Assembly: GCA_963779615.1 (NCBI GenBank) | Contig: CAVZZA010000005.1 | Span: 224,001 to 288,000 of the forward strand | DNA from: an uncultured Nitrososphaeraceae archaeon | Lineage (GTDB): Archaea; Thermoproteota; Nitrososphaeria; Nitrososphaerales; Nitrososphaeraceae | Reading direction: 5' to 3' | Length of the DNA stretch: 64,000 nucleotides | Shown here: positions 10,603 to 21,614 of the stretch, in pieces | Position numbering within the stretch: position 1 is the first letter of the stretch | Layout of the letters: every line of letters begins with the position of its first letter | The notes under the pieces: generated by a model | What the model saw: only the letters and a program-made list of their open reading frames with translations | Told to the model about the DNA's origin: nothing | Database searches by the model: none | Translations under genes and position numbers: made by a program

Positions 10603-12453
10603 TCAGTCCGAAGCCATGCCCACGGTTTGGAAAGCCTCAATAGTCGCAGTTGGCACTACCACGCCGACATCCCTTGCGAACTTGTCGTAATCTGATATCA
10701 TCTTTTTGAGTGTGTCAGGATGCTGGCTGGCCAGATCATTGTTTTCCCCGATGTCGGCCGTAATGTTGAACAGGTGCCACTGACCATCACCCGCTGGTTG
10801 GAAGTTCCTCACTGCCTTCCAGTCCCCCATCCAGACAGCGGTGTTGTTGAACATTTCCTGGGCAACCGGTTCGTTGTCCGTATATGCCTTTTCAACCTTG
10901 CCTTCCAAAAGCGGCTTAAGGGATTTTCCCATTACCGCATGGACCGGATGGCCTTGGTATGCTGAACCTGGGGGCTGCACGCCTGCATAGTCAAGGAAAG
11001 TGGGTGTCATGTCGTTCACGTGCACAAATGCGTTTACTATGCCTGGCTGCGTTTGGCTGGCACTACTGCCGGGCAATTTCATCACAACCGGGGGCCTAAC
11101 TCCGCCTTCACCCTGCGTTGTCTTGAAGTACGAGAATGGTGAGACAGCAGCCCCTGTGCCCCATGAGCCATAGTTGACCAGCGAGTTGGCGTTTCCCACG
11201 TTCGCGGGGGTATTGTTAAACGAGCTGAAGAATTTGTTTGCCTCTCCAACCCCCACAGTAGCCAAATTTTTCATTTCAATCGGTTCACTGCTTCCGTTGT
11301 CGGATGTGAACACGATCAGTGTATTGTCGTACTGGCCGGTGTCCTTTAGGTGTTGCATAACCCTGCCTATGTTATGGTCCATGTCCTCTATCATTCCCGC
11401 ATGGGCCTCAAGCACACTGGCTCTGTAGGCTTTGTCGTCTGCACTCAGGCTATCCCATGCCGGTATTTGCGGAAGCCTTTGTGGAATACCCATGTCTTGC
11501 GGCCATATTCCAAGCTGTTTTTGCTTCTCAAACCTCTGTTCCCTTATCTTGTCATATCCCACATCGTAGACCCCTTCATATTTTTTGGTGAACTCTGCAG
11601 GTGCCTGGAACGGACTGTGTGCTGCCTGGAAAGAAAGGTACATGAAAAGCGGGTTGCCGTCGCCCTGATGCTCCCTTATCTTGTCAAGCATGATGTTTGT
11701 GTACATTTCATTTGAGTAGGTGCCGTTGTCAGGTCGCGGAACCTGTGTATCGTTGGACAGAAACGTTGAGTGGCCACCGGCATAGTACGGGTCACCGTTA
11801 AAATGCATGGCCCCGGACTCCAGCAGCACAAAAGCATCCTCAAAGCCCCTGTCATGAGGGGTTGTGCCCTTCTGCCATCCGGGCCCAGACAGGTGCCACT
11901 TGCCTGACATCAGGGTGTCGTACCCCGCATCCCTTAACGATTCTGCAACGGTAACGACCCTGTCGTTTATGTATGTCTCATAGCCTGGCTTCCCCACCTG
12001 GTTGGGGGCGATGTTTTCATACATGGTTCCTATGCCACCCACATGGTTGTCAACGCCGGTGAGAAAGGATACCCTGGCTGGAGAGCAAACAGGGCTAGTG
12101 TGGTAGTTGGTCAGGATCTTGCCCTCTGCCGATAGCTTATCCAGGTTGGGGGTTGAGATCTCGCTTCCAAAGGATCCAATGTCAGAAAACCCAAGGTCAT
12201 CCCCCATTATCACCAGTATGTTTGGCTTTGCGTTTGTGCTAGAAGGAGGAGCAGCAGCGGTATTGTTGCCAATTGCGGCCTGGGCAAACGCTGGTTGAGT
12301 AGTTAAACTTGCTGATGATGATGATGAAGAGGAGGAGGAGGATGGCGACAATGATATTAACGGTACTGTTATGAGACTGAGTGTGAGGCAAACAAGAATA
12401 AGTAAGGTGGAATAATACGATATATTGCTTATAAATTTATCCAACAATTCCAA
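10603..12453 (-). CDS. Secreted arylsulfatase (type I, Cys-type, AtsA-like), copy A
   Basis: KPNILVIMGDDLGFSD, CSPARVSFLTG (CxPxR), GKWHL, FTSDNG; hydrophobic N-terminus and poly-Ser linker. Confidence 0.95.
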   Translation of the reverse strand: MELLDKFISNISYYSTLLILVCLTLSLITVPLISLSPSSSSSSSSSSASLTTQPAFAQAAIGNNTAAAPPSSTNAKPNILVIMGDDLGFSDIGSFGSEISTPNLDKLSAEGKILTNYHTSPVCSPARVSFLTGVDNHVGGIGTMYENIAPNQVGKPGYETYINDRVVTVAESLRDAGYDTLMSGKWHLSGPGWQKGTTPHDRGFEDAFVLLESGAMHFNGDPYYAGGHSTFLSNDTQVPRPDNGTYSNEMYTNIMLDKIREHQGDGNPLFMYLSFQAAHSPFQAPAEFTKKYEGVYDVGYDKIREQRFEKQKQLGIWPQDMGIPQRLPQIPAWDSLSADDKAYRASVLEAHAGMIEDMDHNIGRVMQHLKDTGQYDNTLIVFTSDNGSSEPIEMKNLATVGVGEANKFFSSFNNTPANVGNANSLVNYGSWGTGAAVSPFSYFKTTQGEGGVRPPVVMKLPGSSASQTQPGIVNAFVHVNDMTPTFLDYAGVQPPGSAYQGHPVHAVMGKSLKPLLEGKVEKAYTDNEPVAQEMFNNTAVWMGDWKAVRNFQPAGDGQWHLFNITADIGENNDLASQHPDTLKKMISDYDKFARDVGVVVPTATIEAFQTVGMASD

Positions 12454-12808
12454 AGGTTATTGCTAGATGTTATATAACGGTTTACAAAATTCTTAATCTT
12501 AAGAACCTTAACCTATACATTTTTGAATTGTCAGTTTTTGTTGCGTAAAATATTCAAAAATAAAGAAGAAATTTTTCTATAACCTTGGCGTTGGTTATTG
12601 TCAACATAACGCAAATCCATATTAAAATTCCCGTATTTTTAAAACCACACATGTGTTATGTCCAAAGACTTTCGACTTTCCTATACCATTTCCGGAAAAA
12701 GATGAAATTGTAAAACTAGACGTCATTTCAAGTTATTCTGAAACTTATCCATTATGCGAACTCAATACGAAAATGAAGGAAATCAATACCACTTGGGGTA
12801 TTGGTGTT

Positions 12809-13798
12809 TTAGACGCTGCTTCGGGTGGTCCTGGTAATGCACCTAAACCCGATGTGGGTCATCCCTGTGTCGACCATCTGTGGTTGCCGGGCCGCGGGCC
12901 GGTATCGCAAGCAATAGTTTGGGGCGCAGATGTGCGAGCCCCCTTTCACCACTTTTCGCGGGATCTTGAACTGTGGCTGCCTCGGATCATAGCTGTACTC
13001 GGCCGACGTAACCCTTGGGTTGACAGAGGCAGTGCAGCATGTTTTCACCTTATTGGCAGATTCATCCAAATGCGGGACATACCAGTCGGCTGTCCATTCC
13101 CAGACATTGCCCGCCATATCAAACAAGCCATAGCCGTTGGGTTCAAATGAGCAAACAGGGGAGGTGCCTTCATGTTTGTCTGTCAAAAGGTTCTGGTGAG
13201 GGAATTCTCCCTGCCAGGTGTTGGCCATGGGTTTTGTAAGCTGCGTGTCTTCATTTCCCCAGGTGAAATCCATTCCATCCAAACCGCCCCTTGCTGCAAA
13301 CTCCCATTCTGCCTCTGAGGGCAACTCTTTTCCTGCCCATTTCGCATAGGCTTCTGCGTCCTCATAGGCGATGTGGACTACAGGGTGATCATCAAGTCCA
13401 ATAATGGTGCTGCCAGGCCCATGTGGGTGCTTCCAGTTTGCGCCCTTTACCCATTGCCACCAGTTGGCATAGTTTTTCAAATCAACAGCTTCATTCCTTT
13501 TTTGAAAAACCATGGAACCCGGAGCAAGATTCTCCTCCGGGACGCCTGGAAAGTCAGACGGATTCAATGGTCTTTCTGCAACCGTCAAATAATTGGTCGC
13601 CGACACAAAACCACTAAACATCCTGTTGGTCACAGGGGATTTATCCATCCAGAAGCCGTCCACTGTAACCTTATGCACCGGTTTTTCCTCCGGGTAGAAT
13701 TTATCCGAACCCATCATAAAACTCCCGCCATCTATGAAAACCATTTTTTCATGGTCAGGCGCTTTTTGCCCTTTGCCGATTTCCGTTGTGCCTAACAT
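12809..13798 (-). CDS. Formylglycine-generating enzyme (SUMF1/FGE sulfatase maturase)
   Basis: FMMGS..YPEE.P.H, HPVVHI, LPSEAEWEFAARGG, NGYGLFDMAGNVWEW, KGGSHICAPNYCLRYRPAAR with both active-site Cys. Confidence 0.95.
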   Translation of the reverse strand: MLGTTEIGKGQKAPDHEKMVFIDGGSFMMGSDKFYPEEKPVHKVTVDGFWMDKSPVTNRMFSGFVSATNYLTVAERPLNPSDFPGVPEENLAPGSMVFQKRNEAVDLKNYANWWQWVKGANWKHPHGPGSTIIGLDDHPVVHIAYEDAEAYAKWAGKELPSEAEWEFAARGGLDGMDFTWGNEDTQLTKPMANTWQGEFPHQNLLTDKHEGTSPVCSFEPNGYGLFDMAGNVWEWTADWYVPHLDESANKVKTCCTASVNPRVTSAEYSYDPRQPQFKIPRKVVKGGSHICAPNYCLRYRPAARQPQMVDTGMTHIGFRCITRTTRSSV

Positions 13799-13823
13799 GT
13801 TCAATTGGTTTTGTTGTTGTTAG

Positions 13824-15365
13824 TCACCTGGCAGCTTCCGACATTTTCGCCATCGCGTCATCTATCGTGAACGAGTTTGGCTTTTGGATGGCCGGGAACT
13901 CCTTGAAGGTTTCGGCAAACTTCGCGACAGCAGCCTGTGCTAGGTATATGCCATATGCGTGGTGTATCATCCAGTCCCAATACGTGTTCGAAGTTATATC
14001 CGCAGAATTCGTATGGGTCGGTGCGAAGGTTGAAAATCTTTGGGAGACGAAGTCGGGTGAAGGGCTCAGCCCAAACCCCCAAGGTTCCCTTCAAACGCTG
14101 CTCCATGAATACGAACTTCCAGTTGTCAAAGCGTATGCCCATCACATCACCATCGTCACTGAAGTAGAAGTAAAAGTTGCGGGGGCTTTCTTTTGCCTCA
14201 CCGGTCAGGTATGGCAGCAGGTTATATCCGTCGATATGGTTCTTGTAGGTGCGCCCGATGGCTGTGTATCCATTCTTCAGTTTCTCCACCACTTCTGAAT
14301 CGCCCGCCATGGCAAGGAAAGTTGGCAGCCAGTCATGGTGCTGAACGATCCCGTTGGAAATTGAGCCGGCCTTGATTTTGCCTGGCCAGCGCACAAGCAA
14401 CGGAACACGGAAAGCTCCTTCCCAGTTGGTGTTCTTTTCGCTGCGGAATGGGGTTGTGGCGCCATCGGGCCAGGAGTTGCTGTGCGGCCCGTTATCGGTG
14501 GAATACATGAGAAAGGTATCTTCGGCAATCCCAAGCTCGTCGAGCAGATCAAGCATTTCTCCAACGTTTTTGTCATGGTCGATCATTGTGTCGTGATAGG
14601 CAGATTGCCATCGGCCTGCCTGCCCCTTGCTTGAGGGTTTGGGATGTGTAATAAAGTGCATATGAGTAGTGTTGAGCCACACAAAAAACGGTTTCCCAGC
14701 GTCATGTTGCCTCTTGATAAAATCCTTGGCTGCTGAAACAAATTCGTCATCGCAGGTTTCCATCCTTTTTTTTGTGAGGGGCCCAGTGTCCTCAATTTTT
14801 TGCCTGCCCACTTTTCCCCACCGCGGCATTTCTGTCGGGTCATCCTCGTCTGTGGCCCATGAGTGGAGCACACCGCGGGGACCGAATTTTTCAAAGAATT
14901 GCGGAAAATCTTTTTTTGAGGGATAGTCATCCATTTCAGGCTCCTCTTCCGCGTTGAGGTGATAAAGGTTGCCAAAGAACTCGTCGAATCCGTGATTTGT
15001 GGGCAGCATGTGGTTAAGGTCGCCCAAATGGTTTTTACCGAATTGCCCAGTTGCATAACCCTGTTCCTTCAGCAACGCGGGATCGTCACGATCTTTTCAT
15101 TCATACCCACCGGTGCGCCGGGCATTCCTACTTTGGACAAGCCGGTGCGGTAAACGCTTTGACCGGTAATGAAAGACGAGCGACCGGCGGTGCAGGACTG
15201 TTCGCCATAGGCGTCTGTGAACATCATGCCCTCTTTTGCAATACGGTCAATGTTGGGTGTTTGGTAACCCATCAATCCATGTGAATAGCAACTGAGATTG
15301 GTTATTCCAATATCATCGCCCCAGATGACAAGAATGTTGGGCTTATTTTGCTTTGAATTTGACAT
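13824..15365 (-). CDS. Cytoplasmic arylsulfatase interrupted by two 1-nt frameshifts (~15080 and ~14005); pseudogene or sequencing error
   Basis: [36 protein letters not shown]; repaired junctions read VTIAALLKEQG and [15 protein letters not shown]...KMSEAAR*. Confidence 0.9.
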
Positions 15366-15827
15366 GGTTTTTTGAGCAATTGATTTAACTTAAGTGTTAT
15401 GGATGAAGTAATTGCCAACAATCACGAGCAATCCTGTGTCGATGTGCGCTACATTCTGGAATTCTTACTGTGCAGGATAACGCGTGTAAATCAGTCTCTC
15501 ATTGAGTAATAACATGTTTCCACCTCTTGTCACGAATCGATATTAATGGCAATGCATGGTATATGTACTTGCCTGCTTTGACATATAACAGTTCCACTAA
15601 TTGTCTTGGATATCAGCGTATTCCCCAGCCAATCCGTGGCACAAAAATCTGACGAATTCATGGTTGTTGATTGGGCCCATTATTTGCATGTTATTGTCCT
15701 GTTTATGGTATAACATCTATTCAACATCTGAAAGTTTTTTACGGGTGTTATCCTTGAATTGTACAGCCTTATGCGGGTTGATTCCTCGCATATATGTTTA
15801 TAATTGGCTCAGCGGATGTAACAACAA

Positions 15828-16298
15828 ATGCCCAATCAGACCGGAGAGGGAGATGACAAGGATAAGCCCACAAAAACCACCTCAACCGACCATTACGATA
15901 GGGTTAGCGCGGCCTTACGTGAATCCTCCATATTGATGTCAGGATCCAGCATCCTTTTTGGATTCTTGCTTAACATCAATTTGGATTCCCTTAAAACCCC
16001 GTCTTTTGTGGACGGCCTGATTATGTTGGCATCAATTTATTCTGTGACTATAGCAACCGTGCTCTTTATCATGCCGGTCATTTTCCACCAGAGGCATTCC
16101 CAAACGTTTGATGTGGAAAAGTTCCTCTCCATGTCAAAAAAGTTCCTTCTCGGTGGCGCATCGTTGTTGTTGCTCACAATGTACCTGACTTTGGGATTGG
16201 CGCTCCATAAAACAGTGCCTGACTATGTTGCGTTTACTTTGGCGGCGTTTCCGTTTGTCGTCATGGCTGTTGTGTGGCAATTCAAACTCAAGTCATAG
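15828..16298 (+). CDS. Four-TM membrane protein (DUF6328-like)
   Basis: LRES.IL.SG..ILFGFLL and LFIMPVIFHQ pattern; four hydrophobic helices. Confidence 0.65.
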   Translation: MPNQTGEGDDKDKPTKTTSTDHYDRVSAALRESSILMSGSSILFGFLLNINLDSLKTPSFVDGLIMLASIYSVTIATVLFIMPVIFHQRHSQTFDVEKFLSMSKKFLLGGASLLLLTMYLTLGLALHKTVPDYVAFTLAAFPFVVMAVVWQFKLKS

Positions 16299-17132
16299 GC
16301 AACCAGACCGGAATTAAATGGCGAGTGTGACGTCATCGAGCTCCATGCAGGCATCATGGAATACGCCATTAAAGTTTCGGGTTTGGCCTCTATTTCCTGC
16401 TCTTCAAAGTTTATGTAATCCGTTGTGGATTCACATCGGCATCCTTGATTTCCACAATAACGTAATTTCATTGGCATCAGATAATTAGGATTATGGATAG
16501 GGGCAACAATATAATTTACCTCTTGTATAATTAGCACCTGTTAGAAAATTTCTAAAAATCTCTTGTTCTCATTCATTTTTGCTAGAACCGTATCCCGTTA
16601 ATGAGAAAATCATAGGAGAAAAGGAATTCACCATGCCTTATCAGCGACCTGTTGCATGAAGGCTAACCAGTCACAAATAATGGATCATTGCATTCGCAGC
16701 TAAATAGATTGGATTATGCAACAAAGCATTAAGGTCAACCATCTATTTTACTTGTTTGGAGTTCAATGCTATCGTCTTCACTTGGAGATTTATGATGGAG
16801 TATGCACATGAAAGCCATTTAACTGCTGGAATCCAGCATTCCACATATTACCCCAGCATAAACTGACAAAAGCAACCTTTAATTTCAATTTTGGTTTTAA
16901 CTTTACAATAATAACATCATTTCCGGAATGGGAAAAACTATCATCAACAATCATCGATGCAATTCCATCTTTAAGGGGCAGAATATCTTCCCACGCTAAG
17001 ATGCGAAATAGCCGGCATGAAACCAATAAAAATAGAAACTGTTACCACTATAACATCCATTAGCTATACCTATCACCGGCCGACAGAAAACGGCATATTA
17101 GTGGATCATCCAAAAGATGATATTTACCGTCC

Positions 17133-17774
17133 ATGAACAATAAACAGATGGATACCAAAACGCCTCCTCTCTATTTTCGCCTATTGCAATTTGGGATTGG
17201 AATAGCGTCCATCACATTATCACTTATAGTTATAATGGTGGGATACCCTGTTCTCGACCTATCTACAATTATAATACTGCTTTTAATCTCACTACTTGTT
17301 ATTGGTATTGGAAGAATTGTTAGAGGCCTATTAATCCCATCTATTTCCACTGTCACAACAGAAAGGGATGCAAAAAAAGTAAGAAAAGCAGGCCTAACTG
17401 ATCTTGTTCTAGGAACAATATCAATCCTATTTGCCACAATATGTTTGATTTTTCCACAGACTGCATCTGAACGGTTATTTGTTTTACTTTCTCTCACAAT
17501 TATTGTAATGTTCAACGGTTTTGGTAAGGTTATTCAAGGCGTATTTAACAAGCAGGAATCAAAATCATTAAGAGTAATGAGCACAAGTTTTGGTCTTGTC
17601 GCCATGGGTTTAAGCATTTTTGCATCAAACGCTTATAGATTTGATATAGTTTTTCCCACCAAGGTTCTTTCAGTCATTCTTGTCATTTATGGAATAGAGA
17701 ATATTATTTTATCATATACAGGCGAATTATCTGTAAATGATATCTTTAAAAAGAGAAAGAACAGACACCGTTAA
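17133..17774 (+). CDS. Six-TM membrane protein (HdeD/DUF308-like)
   Basis: Repeated hydrophobic hairpins (LLVIGIGRIVRG, LVIYGIENII). Confidence 0.65.
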   Translation: MNNKQMDTKTPPLYFRLLQFGIGIASITLSLIVIMVGYPVLDLSTIIILLLISLLVIGIGRIVRGLLIPSISTVTTERDAKKVRKAGLTDLVLGTISILFATICLIFPQTASERLFVLLSLTIIVMFNGFGKVIQGVFNKQESKSLRVMSTSFGLVAMGLSIFASNAYRFDIVFPTKVLSVILVIYGIENIILSYTGELSVNDIFKKRKNRHR

Positions 17775-18280
17775 TCCTGCGGTTTTTTGCAGGCAGTGCG
17801 ACTTGTACTGTTTGTTGGGGTTTTTTGGTTGAAATCAACTGCAGTAACAGTTCATCCCCTCCCAAGTCACAAAACCTTCATCGTTGCCGTTTACATTATT
17901 TTCAGATTATGGATATTTCTACATTTGATTAAATGTCACAGTAACGAAGCCTTAAAGTGGAAATTTAATGGTGACATGGAGTTTATTGTTACTATACAAA
18001 AGAGCAATACTTATGCAGTGAAACTCCAAAAATCATCTGATTATTCAAACCTGAAAAACAAATTCAAGCTGCGACCAACGCATTGGGATGGTGTCCTGAC
18101 TCAAACCACAAGTGGACAGGGCTCTCAAGCCATAGGCTTATCGTTAAGTGTCCAGGCCACGAGTTAAAATGGCATTTTTATACATGTTACTCGACGTGTG
18201 CCACCACACAAAGATAGGCCACATAAAAGAAAAAATATTGATGGGAGGATGCATATAGTTGTTGACTGGGGTAGCCTCAG

Positions 18281-19402
18281 TTATCTATTTGTCCCGGTTT
18301 CATTTTGGGGAGGATATATAACCGCAAAGTCATTCTTCATGCTTACCAAATCCCAGTTTCTGTCCTTGGCTGCCTGCAGCACATTTTCAGCACCCTTGTC
18401 ATAGGAGTATTCCCTTACGCCGTCATCATGATGGACAAGAATCTCAAGGGATTTGCCAACTTTGTTGTTGTCATCTGTGTACGTTAGCATTTGAAGGTCA
18501 CCATCCGAGTTTCCTGCGGCAAGTATGGGCACCTGCCCTATATGAAGTTGAATGTTCTCGGGCTTTACCTCATTGTTGTCGAATGAATCAAGTTCCGGCT
18601 CCCTAAATATGGCAGAGTTCCCCCCGTCAGTTCCGTTAACATACTTGTATTTTATGCTGCTTCCTATTATCTGGTCTGGCGGTATCCCATATACATTGGA
18701 GAGGGAGTCCCTCATAAAGTCAACCCCACCCCCTGAGACTATGAAAACCTTGAATTGGTTGTCCTTAAGATAATCAATGAGTTCAATCATCGGCTGGTAC
18801 ACCATTGCTACAAATCTTAGGTGGGTTTGTGGATGCTGTGCTGTCTTTGCCCATTCCATAACCATTCTGTCAAATGTGGGCTGGCTAATGTTTGAGAGGG
18901 TCAACAGCGCCAGGGACATGACATCCTTTTCGCTTAACTGCAAATCTGTAAAGTTATTCGCCATCAGCTGTTGGAGCTGCGGGTTTTGGGTAATCCGAGG
19001 GTTTGACACAGACAGCTCGTCAAGCCTATCTGTTATAAAAAAACCCTGAAAGGGAATGGGTTTTTCGGCCCAGAGTGTTCCGTCGTTGTCAAAGACCGCT
19101 ATCCTCTCCCCAGGTGGAACATAGTTTGGGCTTTCAGGGTTGGTTACATTATTTACAAAGTTAACGATCCTCTCTTTCACCGTGCCCTGGTTCCAGGAAG
19201 GAAGTGCTTGGGTGGAGCTGGGGGATAAATCCGGTTTGCCGGTGAGGTTTTGATCACCAAGCAAAGAACTGTTGGGTAAGGTGGAATTGTCAACCTGTGC
19301 AAAGGCGTGTGATACTGCGTTAAATGAAAAAGGCACACTTGACCCAACAACAAAAGTCAGGCTGGCCAAAAAAAAGAGGAGTAACACCGTTTTATAAGTC
19401 AT
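18281..19402 (-). CDS. Secreted HAD-superfamily phosphatase
   Basis: Signal peptide; LPSWN; AVFDNDGTLWAE (motif I); IVSGGG; GNSDGDLQML; HHDD.REYSYD. Confidence 0.9.
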   Translation of the reverse strand: MTYKTVLLLFFLASLTFVVGSSVPFSFNAVSHAFAQVDNSTLPNSSLLGDQNLTGKPDLSPSSTQALPSWNQGTVKERIVNFVNNVTNPESPNYVPPGERIAVFDNDGTLWAEKPIPFQGFFITDRLDELSVSNPRITQNPQLQQLMANNFTDLQLSEKDVMSLALLTLSNISQPTFDRMVMEWAKTAQHPQTHLRFVAMVYQPMIELIDYLKDNQFKVFIVSGGGVDFMRDSLSNVYGIPPDQIIGSSIKYKYVNGTDGGNSAIFREPELDSFDNNEVKPENIQLHIGQVPILAAGNSDGDLQMLTYTDDNNKVGKSLEILVHHDDGVREYSYDKGAENVLQAAKDRNWDLVSMKNDFAVIYPPQNETGTNR

Positions 19403-19423
19403 GTGTCATCTTTTCCCATTAAA

Positions 19424-21319
19424 CTAGTTGATGATGGCTTTGGCACTTGTATCGTTCAGTGGGTAGCCTGGAGCGAACATGTTACCCAAAGTAATGGTTT
19501 GTGTGTCTTTTTGGGTTACAGGTGGAAAATTATTCTTGGCAGTTTGTTCAAATGTCTCGCCTCTCGGAATTACAACTCCCACAGCCTGAGCGTATTTGTC
19601 GTATTCTCCAATCAGAGTCTTCAAAATGTCTGGATGCTGGGCTGCCAGGTCGTTGTTCTCACCCAAGTCAGTTGCTAGGTTGAACAATTTCCACTGTGGT
19701 GGAAAACCATACGAGTTGGCCTTCCAGTCACCCATGCGTACGCTTGTGTTGTTGAACATTTCACCGGATATGGCTTCGTCTGCTGGATGGATTGTCTCCA
19801 CCGTTCCTTCAAGGAGCGGTTTAAGGGACTTGCCCATCAATGCGTGAACTTCGTGTCCCTGATATGCTGAAGGATGAGACACGTTTGCGTATTCAAGGAT
19901 TGTGGGGGTAACATCTGTAACATATGCAAAGCTCTTGACAAGGTTGGAGGCTGTGTTGTTGACTGATGGTGCGGATGTTTGCGGTTCCTTCATTACCATC
20001 GGGGGTCTTGTGCCACCTTCATACAGGCTTGTCTTGTAACCGGATAGTGGGGAAGTTGCCACATATGAGCCCCATGCGCCATAGTTAAAGTCTGACGTGT
20101 TGGTGCCAAGGTTTGGCAAACTGTTGTTGATTCCGGCCACAAACTGCTTGGCATACGACAGGTCTACACCGCTTGCGTACCTGAACAAGGCAATCTCAAA
20201 GGGCTCGCTGCTGCCATTGTCCGAGGTAAACATAATGAATGTATTGTCGTACTGTCCGGTGTCCTTGAGGTATTGTATAACCCTTCCAATGTTCGTGTCC
20301 ATGTCCTCTATACCGGCTGCATGTACTGCCAGTACCCTTGCTGCATAGGCCTTCTGGTCACCGCTAAGGCTGTCCCATACCTGGTTTGGAGGAAGTCTGC
20401 CCGGATCCGTCATGTTGGAGGGCCAGAACCCAAGCTCCTTCTGTTTCTCAAACCTCTGGTCTCTTACCTTGTCCCATCCTACACTGTAAATTTTGTCATA
20501 CTTGTCTATTACAGATTTGTCTGGAGCCATCATTGGGGAATGGGCTACCTGGTATGCAAGGTACGCAAAGAATGGTTTCTTTTCTGACTCGGTCTTCTTA
20601 AAGAAGTCCAGCATCTTGTCTGTGTAAAGTTCATTGGAAAACAATGTGCCGTTACCCGGTCTGTCAACCTTTGTTTTGTTTTCCATGAATGTTACTGACC
20701 ATCCGGGGACATACTCTGCGGAACTGTAGTGGTTAGCCCCGTCTTCCAGGAGAGTAAATGCATTGGAAAATCCCCTTTCATATGGCGATGTGCCGGGCTG
20801 GTATCCATGCCCAGAAAGATGCCACTTTCCGGACTGTATGGTGTTGTATCCCGCATCCCTCAACAGCTCTGCAACAGTCACAACCTTGTCGTTTATGTAG
20901 GTCTCATAGCCGGGCTTTCCCACCTGATTTTCGGCTATCAGCTCATACATCGTGCCAATTCCGCCAACATGCCAATCAACACCCGTTAACAAAGATACTC
21001 TAGCAGGTGAGCAGGTGGGCGCTGTGTGGTAATCGGTTAAAACCTTTCCGTCCTTGGCAATCATATCCAAATTCGGTGTTGAAATTTCGCTTCCAAAAGC
21101 ACCGATATCAGAATATCCAAAATCATCACCCACTATTACCAAAAAATTTGGTTTTTGATTTCCAGTTCCGGCTGCAGGTTGCGCGGAAACAGGCTGACTA
21201 TATAAGTTGGAAAGTGAAGAATTTAGTGCTGGCATTGCAATAAGTCCAAAACTCATAAAAAAAATCAAAATAATTGGCAAAATTTTCCTATTTTTCAATA
21301 TTTTTGTTGTATAACACAT
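19424..21319 (-). CDS. Secreted arylsulfatase (type I, AtsA-like), copy B
   Basis: KPNFLVIVGDDFGYSD, CSPARVSLLTG, GKWHL, FTSDNG; signal peptide; close paralog of copy A. Confidence 0.95.
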   Translation of the reverse strand: MCYTTKILKNRKILPIILIFFMSFGLIAMPALNSSLSNLYSQPVSAQPAAGTGNQKPNFLVIVGDDFGYSDIGAFGSEISTPNLDMIAKDGKVLTDYHTAPTCSPARVSLLTGVDWHVGGIGTMYELIAENQVGKPGYETYINDKVVTVAELLRDAGYNTIQSGKWHLSGHGYQPGTSPYERGFSNAFTLLEDGANHYSSAEYVPGWSVTFMENKTKVDRPGNGTLFSNELYTDKMLDFFKKTESEKKPFFAYLAYQVAHSPMMAPDKSVIDKYDKIYSVGWDKVRDQRFEKQKELGFWPSNMTDPGRLPPNQVWDSLSGDQKAYAARVLAVHAAGIEDMDTNIGRVIQYLKDTGQYDNTFIMFTSDNGSSEPFEIALFRYASGVDLSYAKQFVAGINNSLPNLGTNTSDFNYGAWGSYVATSPLSGYKTSLYEGGTRPPMVMKEPQTSAPSVNNTASNLVKSFAYVTDVTPTILEYANVSHPSAYQGHEVHALMGKSLKPLLEGTVETIHPADEAISGEMFNNTSVRMGDWKANSYGFPPQWKLFNLATDLGENNDLAAQHPDILKTLIGEYDKYAQAVGVVIPRGETFEQTAKNNFPPVTQKDTQTITLGNMFAPGYPLNDTSAKAIIN

Positions 21320-21614
21320 TCATATAAATATATGCCATAATGTTCCTATATAGGATAATCAATGCATATTCAGGCCACATGTCAAAACATCAAAGATTAG
21401 CACCGACTTGAAGGGTTCCCCCCCTTCTATTCATATTTGTCTTTTAGACGGTTTTTTCAGTGAAATAGGTTAATGGTCTAGGGTTTGGATTTGGATTCGA
21501 TGCAGCGAGAAGGTGACGGTAATTCTCTAACCAGTAAAGTTTCCGGATATTGCCTGCAATACCAACGCAAGCACGTTAATGCTACCTTCTTCTGTACTCT
21601 GTTAACCCATCAGC

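Noticed and set aside
13824-15365. Programmed frameshifting in the cytoplasmic sulfatase
   Set aside because: No slippery heptamer at either junction; error or recent mutation is simpler
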